The notes under the pieces: generated by a model
Database searches by the model: none
What the model saw: only the letters and a program-made list of their open reading frames with translations
Told to the model about the DNA's origin: nothing
Program-made: the position numbers and the translations under genes
Shown: positions 1-32,484 of the stretch, piece after piece
Layout of the letters: the number at the start of each line of letters is the position of its first letter
How positions within the stretch are numbered: the stretch's first letter is position 1
From: Blastocystis sp. Blastoise
Lineage: Eukaryota > Protista > Bigyra: Opalinata
Direction of reading: 5' to 3'
Length of the DNA: 64,000 bases
Assembly (NCBI GenBank): GCA_039096225.1
Contig: JBBPEB010000025.1
Coordinates: forward strand, 248,001-312,000

Positions 1-226
1 ACGTTTTTATCTTTTGATCACATACTTTTAATACACAGAGAACAACTAAAGAAGCGTCGTTATGGTCGGTGTAGATATCATGAGCTAACTTTGCAACACG
101 ATCGACAATCATACCATGGGGAATCAATACAGATTCAACACAATCATCAAATTGTTTAGGAACATAGAAACAGTCCTTATCATAAACGGCGTTATCGGCG
201 ATGTTAATAATACCTTCTCTACCCAT
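1..226 (-). CDS. HPRT: Hypoxanthine-guanine phosphoribosyltransferase, first exon (26-226); gene continues beyond window start
   Basis: Manual translation MGREGIINIADNAVYDKDCFYVPKQFDDCVESVLIPHGMIVDRVAKLAHDIYTDHNDASLVVLCVLK, then a GTATGT donor; matches the eukaryotic HPRT N-terminus (IPHG..DR..LA.D...LCVLK|GG). Confidence 0.92.
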   Translation of the reverse strand, partial: MGREGIINIADNAVYDKDCFYVPKQFDDCVESVLIPHGMIVDRVAKLAHDIYTDHNDASLVVLCVLKVCDQKIKT

Positions 227-737
227 AGTGGAATTGATCAAAAAATGAAAGAATAGTCAAAAATGTAAACCATGAAAAATCAAAAAAAAATTCTTGGTTG
301 TAGAAACAGCCGTATTTGATTGGATGAACAGGTTTCGTTTATGAAACAGACACCCTATTATCGAAAAAGGACTTTCTAGGGAAGGTTTTTCAGATTTAAA
401 AATGTGTAATTATCGAGATCAAGTCGGATTTTATTGAGTAAAGAAATAGATTTAATTAATTTTTACATCTATCGATGAAAATGTATCGTGTCCAGAAAAG
501 AATTAGTCAATAAAATATTTTAGATGCGTAGAATATATACATTGGAGTTAGTATTTGATATTAGAATTGCGTTTTATGATTGTATATACAAATATTTTTA
601 AATGATAAACTACAAAGGTTAATTAGACAAAAACTGTTTATTAAGTGTAAAAAATGAATACAAGAGTAACTTAGTATTTACATTTTACAATATGTAGCGA
701 CGTGTACATAGTTCAATATGGATTATTTGGAAAAAAA

Positions 738-2839
738 TTAGAGATCACCCCAAGGTACCCATGTATTATTATGTTTAGATGGAGCACCATTAGGGTCTGT
801 GGAAGGAACATAAGGATTGACATAAGTTTCTAATTAAGAATATGAGAATAGTGTATAAATAATTATAATAAAATATATTTAAATACTCATATAACGAACA
901 AGTCTAGCTAATAATTCCTCAACAACCTAGAGATAGTAATAAATAAAAATATTAATATAATAGTATATATGTACATCAGGATGATCAGTCATGCATTCAT
1001 TGTGTTCTGTTGGATCCTCTTTGACGTTAAATAATTGTAAACGGCTTTCTTCAGAATAATTCATAGATTTTAGTAATTCTCTTTGTCTCCCTGTTGTAGC
1101 TTCTATATATATTATATATTATATATTATATATTATATATTATATATTATATATTATATATTATATATTATATATTATATATTATATATTATATATTATA
1201 TATTATATATTATATATTATATATTATATATTATATATTATATATTATATATTATATATTATATATTATATATTATATATTATATATTATATATTATATA
1301 TTATATATTATATATTATATATTATATATTATATATTATATATTATATATTATATATTATATATTATATATTATATATTATATATTATATATTATATGTT
1401 ATATGTTATATGTTATATATTATATATTAATAATAAAATATTATTATATTATATATTAATAATAAAACATTATTATATATTATATAATAATAAGGTATCC
1501 AAAATAGGATCATTTCTAATAAATATAATAATATATATAAACTATACATAATACTATATATACTCTTATTAAGATCTTGAGCTTTCTCAATGGTCATATC
1601 TTCCAGTTGCCAGCTATAAGGACATCCTGTGTCTCCTACCAAGAGTTTCCATTCCTTATATATTATACCGCCCATAGGACCATTAAACCCAGTTGTATCC
1701 ATATTCAATATAATCTATAAAAAAATGTAAAAATAATAATGAAATTATATTTAGTATAATCTATAAAAATTATATATAAAAATAATAATGAAATTATATT
1801 CAATATAATCTAAAGAAAATATATAAGAATAATAATAATATATAATATTTAGAATTACTATACAATAACAATAAAATGATATATGCTATATTTAATAATA
1901 TATATATATACTTCATCACGAACTCCCTCTTGGGTATCCACAAGATCGTTCCATAAACTGTAACCGTCAAGATCCAGCACGTGCTTATGATTCTCAATAG
2001 TAATATAAGTCATGTCATCCGTTGAATTTCTAGAGAGAGTAAATATATTTATAAGCAATACAATCATTATCAATTATTAAAAAATTTATATGTATAATCT
2101 CTATTGTTTTCTAAATACAGTTAATATATATATATATATATATACCTATGAACATCTACTCCTACTGCTTCTAAAAGTGTTGGTAAGAGATCTGCTGTAT
2201 GTATATATCCATTATATACAGTACTATATAATATAGGAATATATAATATAAATAGTATTCATGTAGATAATAATAATATAAATAGAATTTATAAATATAA
2301 AGAGAAGAGATTATTATAAGTATATATATACCCAGCTTTTTGTTTGACAAGGTTTCCCGCCAAAGCTCCAGTAATACGAACACCCCCTTCATATAAAGAG
2401 TGCTTACCTCCTCGAAGCGGGAAATTCAAACTTCCCGCGTAATCAGAGCACATATTACAAGTAGCATCATGAATAGGACCACCGTTATCGGAAGTGAAGA
2501 GGAAGATAGTATTATCATAAAGACCTCTATATATAATATAATATATATAAATTTACAAAAAAATATAAATATAACATTTATTCTTATCATAATAAAGAGA
2601 ATTGCTAGTTAAAAAAAAGTGATTCATTATATATATATACTTATCTTTTAATGCTTGTGTGATATTTCCAATACCCTCATCCATACAAGTAACCATACCT
2701 ATATATATATATATAATAATAATAATAAAATAGAATTACAACAGCATTATAACTACTCTATATATATATATACCTGCAAAATGTCTTCGTTTTTCATTAG
2801 TAATAGTTTTTTCATATCGTGTTACATAACTATCTGGAA

Positions 2840-2892
<53 letters not shown>

Positions 2893-3651
2893 TATGCTTA
2901 TTTTAAGCAAATTAAAACATATATATAAATCAATAAATAAAATATACACAAATATATGTAATAATTATATATATATATATACTTCAGTAGGATCATGGAG
3001 AGCTTGAAATGACATATACATATAAAAAGGTGTGCTTTCATCATGTTTATTAATAATATCAATAGCTTCCTTCGTAAATAAGTGAGTACTATATTTACCT
3101 TTAGCATCATAATCAATAATAGAACAATTCTGACCACATCGAGGGCCATTATCACGTCGGAAATCATATCCTCCACTAACAGAATGTGTATAATAATCTT
3201 GACCGCCATTATAGTAACCATAAAATGTATCAAAACCTCTAAATGTAGGCGTAAAATCCCATTTCCAGAAACCTTGATGCCATTTCCCAATAGCATGAGT
3301 CGAATATCCAGCTTCTTTTAATAATGATGGTAGTGTAGTCTCATTTAAGGGAAGACCCTGAGGTTCTTGAGGGAAAATAACGTAGTGTTGAAGACCATAA
3401 TGAGAAGGATAACGACCTGTTAAAATAGAAGCACGTGAAGGACTACACACATCTTGAGTATAATAACGATTTAAGTTGATTCCATCCTTCATAAATGAAT
3501 TAAGTGTTGGAGTATAGATGAGATCTTTTGTCCTTGTTCCAATATCGTTCCATCCCATATCATCAGCGATGAAAATAATAATGTTAGGCTTTGTACCAGT
3601 TACTCCACATAACAAAGCAAAGAAAAAAATAACAACCGAAAACTGTTTCAT
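738..3651 (-). CDS. Secreted arylsulfatase (S1 family, ARSB/ARSI-like), multi-exon
   Basis: Signal peptide MKQFSVVIFFFALLCGVTG; KPNIIIFIADDMGW; formylglycine motif CSPSRASILTG; GKWH; later exons AGMVTCMDEGIG, FTSDNGG, PLRGGKHSLYEGGVR, LFNVKEDPTE, WVPWGDL*. Exons join in frame via GT-AG introns. Confidence 0.93.
1105..1430. repeat. Intronic heptamer microsatellite (ATTATAT)n
   Basis: About 40 tandem copies inside a sulfatase intron; source of spurious ORF 1083-1430. Confidence 0.95.
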
Positions 3652-4837
3652 CTTAATAGTGACTTTATAAAACAACGAAATAGTGTTTACTTATAATTTA
3701 TATGTTTTTATAGCTTTCTCACTTATCAAAATTTTTTTTGACTTTGTTCATATGTTTTTAGCAAAAATGTTATTATATATACTCATCTATTATGATAAAA
3801 ATATTTTATGATATTCTTAGCTTTCTATAAGAGTGTTCAGTGCTTTTTCATTATGTACTGAACTGTTTTTGGTGATCATCACAATCGTCATTTGTTTTTT
3901 TTTATTAGTGCTCTCTTGAAACGATTTATTACTGATACTGAAAACAAAAATATTGATAAAATGGACATAAACAGCAATATTCCTTTTTAGTAGTTTTTTC
4001 TGTTCTTTTAGAAAAGCCAAATAAAAGAAAAAAATGAAGAGCTAACGTTGGGATATGTATGAATATCTTATTTATATAGCATAAATAAAAACAATGTCAT
4101 CATTTTTTCATTTTCCATTCTCATCACTAAGGTAATTATTTGACCGTCAATATAACCAATTAAAATAATAACCGTACGGTTAGAATAAATAGTGGCCAGA
4201 TTTTCAGTTAAGCATCTTTGTCAAAAACCATTATTGATCTTCTAGGTAGCCACAGTTATCATAATTAAAGCATTTATTATTATTCACACAATTCTTATTT
4301 ACAAAATGTCAATCATAAGAATAGAAATTTGAATCATTTTTCTCTACCACAACTAAAACTCAAAAATAACCTTTTTGTGGACTGATGTAAAATTCAATTT
4401 ATATAATGTACCTTCAAATATACAGCTTTAAAAAAGAGACTGCTACATCTTTAAAAAAAGAAGAAGAATCTATTCTTCCAAGGAATGGGCGATAAGATCT
4501 GGGTAAATAGCGATAGTTCTCCATTATTATGGTTGACTGGGTGCTCGTCATTCTGTTTTATGGCAGCAAACTTCTTGCGATTATCTTGAATCCAAATAAC
4601 AAGTGACAAATTGATTGGTGTAATTTTTATGGAAAAGACACTAAGTGTCGACACACCTTATTTTTAACCAATAAAATCGAGGAACTTTGACAATCTATGT
4701 TTTGATTGGTGAATCTCGTTTTAAAATCTCGTTTTCATCTTAATGATCGAGATAAGAAGGAGATTCGCTTTTTGACTTAATCTCATGTCAAAACAGAGAA
4801 ATGTTTAGAGAATTCCATAACAACCCTAGATGAAAAC

Positions 4838-4866
4838 CATTATTTGGCGGTCGTCGCCAAATAATG
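4838..4866. promoter_or_regulatory. Perfect 12-bp inverted repeat with E2F-like TTTGGCG arms in a divergent promoter
   Basis: CATTATTTGGCG-gtcgt-CGCCAAATAATG between the divergent sulfatase and surface-protein starts; several CCAAT/ATTGG boxes nearby. Function is inferred. Confidence 0.45.
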
Positions 4867-5194
4867 ACATAATTGATATTAATATTTTTTTTTGAATTAT
4901 TTATTCTTTTTATATATATATATGACAAGAAAAACATTTACAAAAGCCAGAATTGTCCAGTTTTTTTGTTTTTATTTTCATTTTTCATACAAATTTTGAA
5001 TATTCCCGTGGTAATATCTTTGTTTCTTCGACACTTTTTAATGGTAAACACATTTCATCATCAACCTTCAAAAACGCAAACAGGAGATTTTTTGATCTGA
5101 CTTTTTAACCAATCATATGAGTAGCTGTTAGATTGAAATTGGAATTATTCTTTTGAAGACTAAGATATAATATTTTTTATTTTCGTAATTCAAT

Positions 5195-13153
<7,959 letters not shown>

Positions 13154-14644
13154 ACATTGTATAGTATAGTCTAATATAATATACTTTATGTATATGTATT
13201 TTAAAAATTGATTCTCTTTTTATTTTATACGATATTTTTTTTGAATAAAGAATGTGTACAATTATTTAATTTTAAAATTTTATCGTTTCTTTTTATATTT
13301 ATACAATACTAATTTATGCACTTTTATATTTTTGCTATATCTTAAACTTTCGTTTTTTAAAGAGTTTATAAAAATATTATTGTTTTGTTATATTTTAGCT
13401 TTAGATAAATATAAATAAATATTTTTCTAAACATGAATGTCCTTAAAAAACAAGAATTGATTTGGTATCTAGTAAGTGTAAAAATATGTATGTATGAACG
13501 ACTATTTTTCAAAGTACTTTACTGTCACAGTATATTATATATTACTCTTTAAATATACAAAAAATCTTTAGACTTGTAAAGAAAAGAATTATAAACGATC
13601 TATTTTTTTTCATGATTCTTTTGGATTATTTCAGTGATTTTTTTGGTTTATTTGAAAAAATAATAGAACACAATTTTTTGTATTGGATTATAAAGATGAA
13701 AAAAAAAATATTTAAAAATAAAGAAGCTAATGTTTTTCTGATTCATAGGATATCCCAATAGTTCGAATTTTTATTATATATAGAGAAGAAAGAAAAGAAT
13801 TATTATATGTAGATATTTTTATTTCAACATGTTTTTATTTGTTAATAGTGATATTTTGAGTTATGAAATTATTATTTAATTGAGTGATTGTTTTTCGTTA
13901 ATGCATGATGGGAGTAAATATATAAAATAAACAATGGAGTTGTTTGGGATACCGTTTAAATCTATCCTCACAAATACAGCTTAATAGTCTGGCTATATGA
14001 CTGAATATTGAGTAATCAGACCAGTGAAGGTTAATTTAGACAACAAAATGGCTCTATCATCAACAATAATAATGAAAATAAAAGTTGGTCAAATTAACCA
14101 CAATTTGATAAAGAGCTATATGATTTTAAGAAAAAATGTTCATCATTTTACCGTGAAACTAATGGAGTCATTACGTTAGAACAATATTAAAACACGTCAA
14201 TAATAATAAGGGCCAGCCCATATTATTTTCCATGACTCAAATGAAAAACGAATATCGTCGAACAATATTCTTAACCATTCATGAGATTATTAGGAGCCAT
14301 CAAGATGAACAATTTCTGGTCAAGCTCCAATTTGTGTTCTAGCCTTTATTCCCATAATTCTTTTATTTCTAAAAGAATCCATTGATTATAGAGTCAACTC
14401 AATTTTGGATAACCGTGATTCGTCTAGAAATATAGCCAGTATTTTGTAGATTTTCATTCTTTTTTTCACGTTAGAATATTTTATTAAAAAAGAGATAATA
14501 TATTACTGATTGACCTTGTCTTTTTGATTCTATAAGGGTACATATAATAAAGGTTACGTGTTTAAACAAAAAAATAGGCTATTTTAAGGGTCAACTTTTA
14601 AAGATATTCCTCTAATAAATTTCTTTTGTTTTGGATTATATACT

Positions 14645-16731
14645 ATGTCTACTAGTGTATGAATATTTACTATTATTTTTGTTATTTATATTGAATAGAT
14701 TGAACTCAAGCCTGTGGAATCAATTGATGTATATATATTGACATTTTTTTTTTAGTGATTATTCTACTTAATTTTGAATAATTTATTATTTCATTTTGCT
14801 ATTTAGGTCCAAATTAGAAGAAATTCTACTATTGCCAAACAAGAATTACCTGGTATTAAATACAATGTAGATGGAGAAGAAGGTGTTTCTACTATTGTTG
14901 TTCAACAACGTGCTTCTTCCGTCATTGGTGATGATCCTTTATTCCAAGATCATGATCCCGTTAGAATTGCTCAAATTATCAAATCTGCCTCTACAGCTGC
15001 TGCTGCTCCTGCTGGTGATGTTGGTATATATTACATCTATACTGAACATAATTTTGCTTTATATTTTTTTTTAAATTATATGAATATTCTTATTAATTTA
15101 TTTTTTTTTAAATAGAAAATAATGGTGCCAATCCTAATGAAAGTAAAACTGAAGATGAATATATTAATTGGTATGATTGCTTTAAAGGAGTTATGCCTAC
15201 TATTGGTATAATTGGTATTTTATGTGCTATTGCTCTTCTTTTCATTCCTCTTACTGAAAATGTTTCCGTTCAAAGATGTGCTGCTGTTTTAGTTCTTATG
15301 GCTATTTTCTGGGTTACTGAAATGCTTCCTCTTGCTGTTACTGCTTTATTCCCTGTTGTCTTCTTCCCTTTCCTTTCTGTTTTAAAGAATGATGAAGTTG
15401 CTTCTCAATATTTCAATAACACTATTTTTATGTTCTTCTCTGGTTTCTTAATGTCTCTTGCTATGGAAAGATGGAATCTTCATATTCGTATTTCTTGTGC
15501 TGTTACTCAACTTTTCAAGACTCCTAGATCTCTTCTTTTTGGTATTATGTTTGTTACATGGTTCTTATCTATGTGGATTTCTAATACTGCTTCTGCTCTT
15601 ATGATGGTTGCTAATGCTAATGCTATTATTCTTAATCTTGAAAATAGATATGGTACTAAAAAGATGGAAAAATTCTCTAAAGCTATTATGATTGGTATTG
15701 CTTTTTCTTGTAACTGTGGTGGTCTTGCTACTCTTATTGGTACTCCTCCTAATATGATTTTCCAACAAATGTATCAAGAACGTTTCAAACAACCTGGTAC
15801 ACCTGAAATTACTTTTGCTAATTGGTTATTCTCTCAATTCCCTACTTCTTTACTTCTTTTCATTTTAATTTGGCTATTCCTTGCTTTCCTTTATACTCCT
15901 TCTTCTAAAGAAATTTCTATTGATGTTAAACAATCTAAAGCTGAATATCATGCTTTAGGTAAAGCTTCTTATGAAGAATGGGTTGTTGGTATTGCTTTCA
16001 TTATTCTTGCTTTCCTTTGGTTATTCAGAGCTACTATTTCTTTTGGTTCTTTCGAAATTACTGGTTGGACTAATCTCTTAAATCTTGATAAATACGTTAG
16101 TGATGCTACTGTTGGTATGGCTATGTCTTTATTATTATTTATTTGGCCTACTAAAGCTCTTCTTAATGGTAAACTGAAGTCTACTGATCAAAAATTCATT
16201 CTTACTTGGGAAACTGCTAAGAAACTTCCTTGGGATCTTGTTTTATTATTTGGTGGTGGTTTTGCTTTAGCTAAAGCTTGTACTTCTTCTGGTTTCAGTG
16301 CTTATTTAGGTGGTTTATTAAGTGGCTTACGTAATTTACCTCTTGTTTTATGTATTTTCATTATTTCTTTGATTGTATGTGTTCTTACTTCTTTCACTTC
16401 TAATACTGCTACTGCTTCTATCATTATTCCTATTATGATTAGTATTGCTCTTGAAATTAAACAAAATCCTTTATTCTTCTTATTCCCTGCTACTCTTGCT
16501 ACTTCTTGTGCTTACTTAATGCCTGTTGGTACTCCACCAAATCTTATTGTTTTCACTTCTGGTAAGATTACTATCGTTGATATGTTCAAGTGTGGTGCTT
16601 GTGTTACTGTCTTCGCTGTTATTGCTATTCTTTTCAGTACTTTCGTCATGGTACCTGCTGTTTATGGTGCTCAAATGGATGTCTTCCCTGAATGGGCTAT
16701 TGATCCTGTTGTCAACGCTACTAGCTTCTAA
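14645..16731 (+). CDS. SLC13/DASS Na+-coupled dicarboxylate (or sulfate) symporter
   Basis: Three short 5' GT-AG introns, then a 1.6-kb exon; motifs WVTEMLPLAVTAL, AMERWNLHIRI, SMWISNTA, GGLATLIGTPPN, LLFGGGFALA, FTSNTATA, LMPVGTPPN. Confidence 0.93.
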
Positions 16732-17294
16732 GTTATTTATATATATTTTGAATTAATAAAAAATATATATAAACAAATTAAAAATTATAAACAGTGAGAT
16801 TTTTTATACAAGTTTCTTTATTTCTTTTTTTTTTACTAACTTTTTATTGTCTATATTTGTTTTTAAAAGTTTTTATATTTACTATGAAATATATTATTTA
16901 TAGTAGATATAATTTCTATATGTACATAATCATTTGTTTTGTTATGATTATATTGATTTTTTTTAATTACCATTTATTATTGAATTTTTTAAAAATGAAA
17001 AGTGGAGTTTTATGTATTACATTGCGTTTCCTTTATTATCATCAAATATATATTAGTCATTATAAGTAAAAGATTAAATAAATGGAAACACTTTTTCTTC
17101 AGACAAATAACTCGAAATGTGAATAATAAAAGATTCTTTACTATGAATTGAATTTTAACCGTGATTAAATCTATTTTTTTTTTAAGAAAAAGGAGAAAGA
17201 ACATTTGCAAAAACTATCTATTCTGTACACTATTTAAATTATAAAAATCTCATTATATCAATATATACTTTCTTTTTTATACAAAGTACATAAG

Positions 17295-28514
<11,220 letters not shown>

Positions 28515-29153
28515 TAGATATATAAATATATATATATATATTAATCTATATTATATGTATATATTCTTCATTTTTTCTTTGAATACTAAAATTGTTTTTA
28601 TTATTTTCTTTTGTTATTACTCTATATATAAAAAAGTATTTTAATAATATTAAAAAAACATATATATTATTTAGTTTATAATTAACAGATATATTTATTA
28701 TTTTTATATATATTTCGTTTCTCTTTTTTATTTGTTTTTAATTAACAGCATATTCAACTATTCGTTATATTTTTCATCTTTTTTATCTTTTTTTTCTAGT
28801 ATTTACTAATTTGATTGCATATAATTAATTAACGAGTTATTTATAACTGTTTTTGTTTCATAAATAATTCATTTATAATATAATTTCTCTGTAATTCTTT
28901 TGTTTTTCATGTTAGAATGTTGTTCAAAATCCATTAGTTCTGTTTAAAATCGCTTTGTTATTTGAATAGTATATTTTTTAGTAGATAATTGTATTCACAA
29001 ACTATAATATCATGCATTCAATATATAGTAATAAAATAACTAAACATAATAAACATGATTTGATGCTATTCATATTTAATATAGGATACAAATATATATA
29101 TGTTATTTTATTATAAGAAAAGTAAAGATAAATTTATATGTTAAAATATCACT

Positions 29154-29493
29154 TTATTTTAAATGAATATTTTTATCAAACATCTGCTCAAAATCAACAG
29201 CCTATATATATGTGTTATATATATTATGCGTGTTATATTATATTATATTATTTTATATTATATATATAATATATATATTATTATATATATACAGAAATGA
29301 GTGTGTCAAATAAAAAGGGACCTGCATTCGCTCTCTTTATATCCATTTGTGAATATCCTCTTACTATATGTATATATAATATATATATTATTCTACATAA
29401 AAAAACTACCATATATATATATATATATATATACAAGGATTCACAAGTCCGAGAAATTTGGTCATATCTTTTAATTCTGTAAATACTTGATTC

Positions 29494-29538
<45 letters not shown>

Positions 29539-29573
29539 TTGTTGTTATATAATGATTATGATGATATGAATGA

Positions 29574-29605
<32 letters not shown>

Positions 29606-32151
29606 CAACTGGATGTTCAGAATCTCTCATGAGATCACTAATATCGCTTATAGATATATATCCATCTTCATCATAATCTAGAATATTAAACCAAAATGGA
29701 AAACTAAAACTAGTCATCTTATCCTATATATATATATATAATTAAAATAATAAATAAAATAAAATAATATATTGTAATCTTTAATAAATATAAATAATCA
29801 GAGATATATAGAATAAAAATAAAACTAAGAAATATACTGCTAAAAAAAGATGAAGAAGAAAATATCCATCAAAAGTTAGCCAGTTCTTTCTGTTACGATC
29901 CAAACTGGCTTCTTTATCTTGTCCAAAAGATATATCACATTCTGATTGGTCTGGGATAGAATACAATTTCTTTAGAATAGAACACATATGTTGGTGAAGT
30001 GAGTTTTGTTCTGTGATCCCGAGAAATCTGTTAATCCTGCAGAGTACACGATGAATAATAGTAGAATTAAGGTATTGTTTAATTTGATTATGTATATGGC
30101 AATAAGGAAGAGCTATTTGAAATAATGGAATCGATGTATATATAGATAAGTGAGGAACATAGGAATAGAGAGAAGAAATAAATGAATTCTGTGATGAATA
30201 TAAGAATGAAGAAGATAAATATAATACTGACTGTGGAAATAAATATATATATTCAGATGATAATAGAGATGAAGAAGGAGACATAGTATTATTAATAGAT
30301 GAAGGAGATATATTATTGTTAATAGAAGAAGGAGACATATTATTATCAATAGAAGAAGAAGACATATTATTATTAATAGAAATATTATTCGTATTAAGAA
30401 TAATATTATTATTGATCTGATTATGAAGTGGATATATATATGTAGCTTTCTTTAATGTAGATTTAAAAGAAGAAGAAGAAATAGAATTAGTATATAATGT
30501 TGGCTAGAGATGTGTATATATTATTAGATATAGTATAACATATATATTATTATATATATAGTATAATATAAATAATATATTTAAGAATATGTATAATAAA
30601 AATAATGTTGATAATAACAATAATAATATATATATACAAGGAATGTATATCGAATACAGTTTTGATAAAGCTCAAAGTATCGTTTAATATACTGTGATAT
30701 AGAGAGAGGAGAGAAAGGAGCACTTTCAGGAAGGGATGAATATGTAAATAATGACAGTATTAATGACTATATGATATAGTATGAACTCAATGAATATTAT
30801 TATATGTATATATAGATAATAAACAAAAATAATACATATGAATATAGATATATATACACAATTTGATTTTTTCCATTCTCGTTGAAGAATTTGATTCCAT
30901 TGTGTTCCATTACAGTAAGCGAATAATAATAATATAATACATCGTATATATACTAAAAGAAATCGTTTGTTTACTTCTTCTTCAGAAAGAACCGCGGGAG
31001 TTTTAGAGATATATAGAGAAGTGGAAGAAGTTGGGAGAATTGAATATATATATGAATGTGATGAATCCCCGTGATTATTTATTTTATTATTAAAAGAATG
31101 ATTATTTTGAATTGAATAATGTTCCACTGACGCATCCAGATAAAATCCCTCCAGGAAATCAACATTAATATCGAAATCTTTTCGAATTCTTTGAATAAGA
31201 TCCGGTTTCTCCCATAGATATGTATAAAACATAAAAAATAAATTCCAAAAAGAAACTGTGTTCTGATTATATATAGATATACATAGAAATAGTCTATTTT
31301 GAAGTGTTTTTCTCTTTAAATACGATGAATAATAATCTAAGAATGTTTCAGAATGAATTAAAGAAGAATTTTCACATAGAAGAGGGAAATACGAAGAATG
31401 ATTGGGTGGAGATGTAGACTGAATAGAGCTGAATATGGCTGATTTGGAGGGATTTGCTATAGGGATAGATAGAATACCATTTGGTGAATAAGTGAACATT
31501 GTATGAGATGTAGTTATATTCGCGGGGGAAACATCATTATAGGTTGTCGATGAGTCTATATTTATTATAATATATAAATAAATATGTTAATAATAAATAT
31601 GTTAATAATAAGTATATTAATAATAAATATGTTAATAATAAATATATTAGTAATAAATATATTAATAATAAATATGTGAATAAAAAGTATGTTAATACTA
31701 AATATATAAATAGAATACTGGTCATGACTAAATGAGTATATTGTTTGTAATTATTGAATAAGGAGTGACGCAAGGGACAGGGGAACTGCAAAGTCTATTG
31801 TTTATTATATATATAGATATATAGAATTGATAGAAAGTATGTATATAGAATAGTAATAGTATTATATATATATATATATATATATATACTTGAAGAATCA
31901 TAGTATAAAGTCGTTGTCCTTTCATGGTATGTATATTTATATTCTGACGATGCAATATCATCGATAAACTGGAGTCAATTTCCGCGGTTATTGGCTATAT
32001 AAAATAGTCTATACTATATTTATATATACCTTATTTATATATAATAATGAATGAGGTATAATGTTATAAGAACACAATTCCTCAATTAATTTCTTGTTAT
32101 TCCCGCGGGAATATACTTTCTTTAGTTGAGAAGAACTATTATCTTGTGCCT

Positions 32152-32214
<63 letters not shown>

Positions 32215-32451
32215 GAATAGTTGAGTGGTTCACTTTTTATATTAATATCTATATATATATAATAATATAGATTAGTATATATATTAATAGCATATAAATA
32301 TATATCGTAACATTTAGTAATATATATATACATTTCTTTTGAATTTGTGACTTCATCTTATTATATAAATGAAGGTATAATTCGCTATCGGATAAGACCT
32401 TATGAATACGAATTCGAAGAAGAGACAATGTTATTGGCTTTATGCTATATA

Positions 32452-32484
<33 letters not shown>

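Noticed and set aside
2774-2840. Suspected frameshift in sulfatase exon 2
   Set aside because: Recounting the homopolymers gives an intact frame (VPDSYVTRYEKTITNEKRRHFAG).
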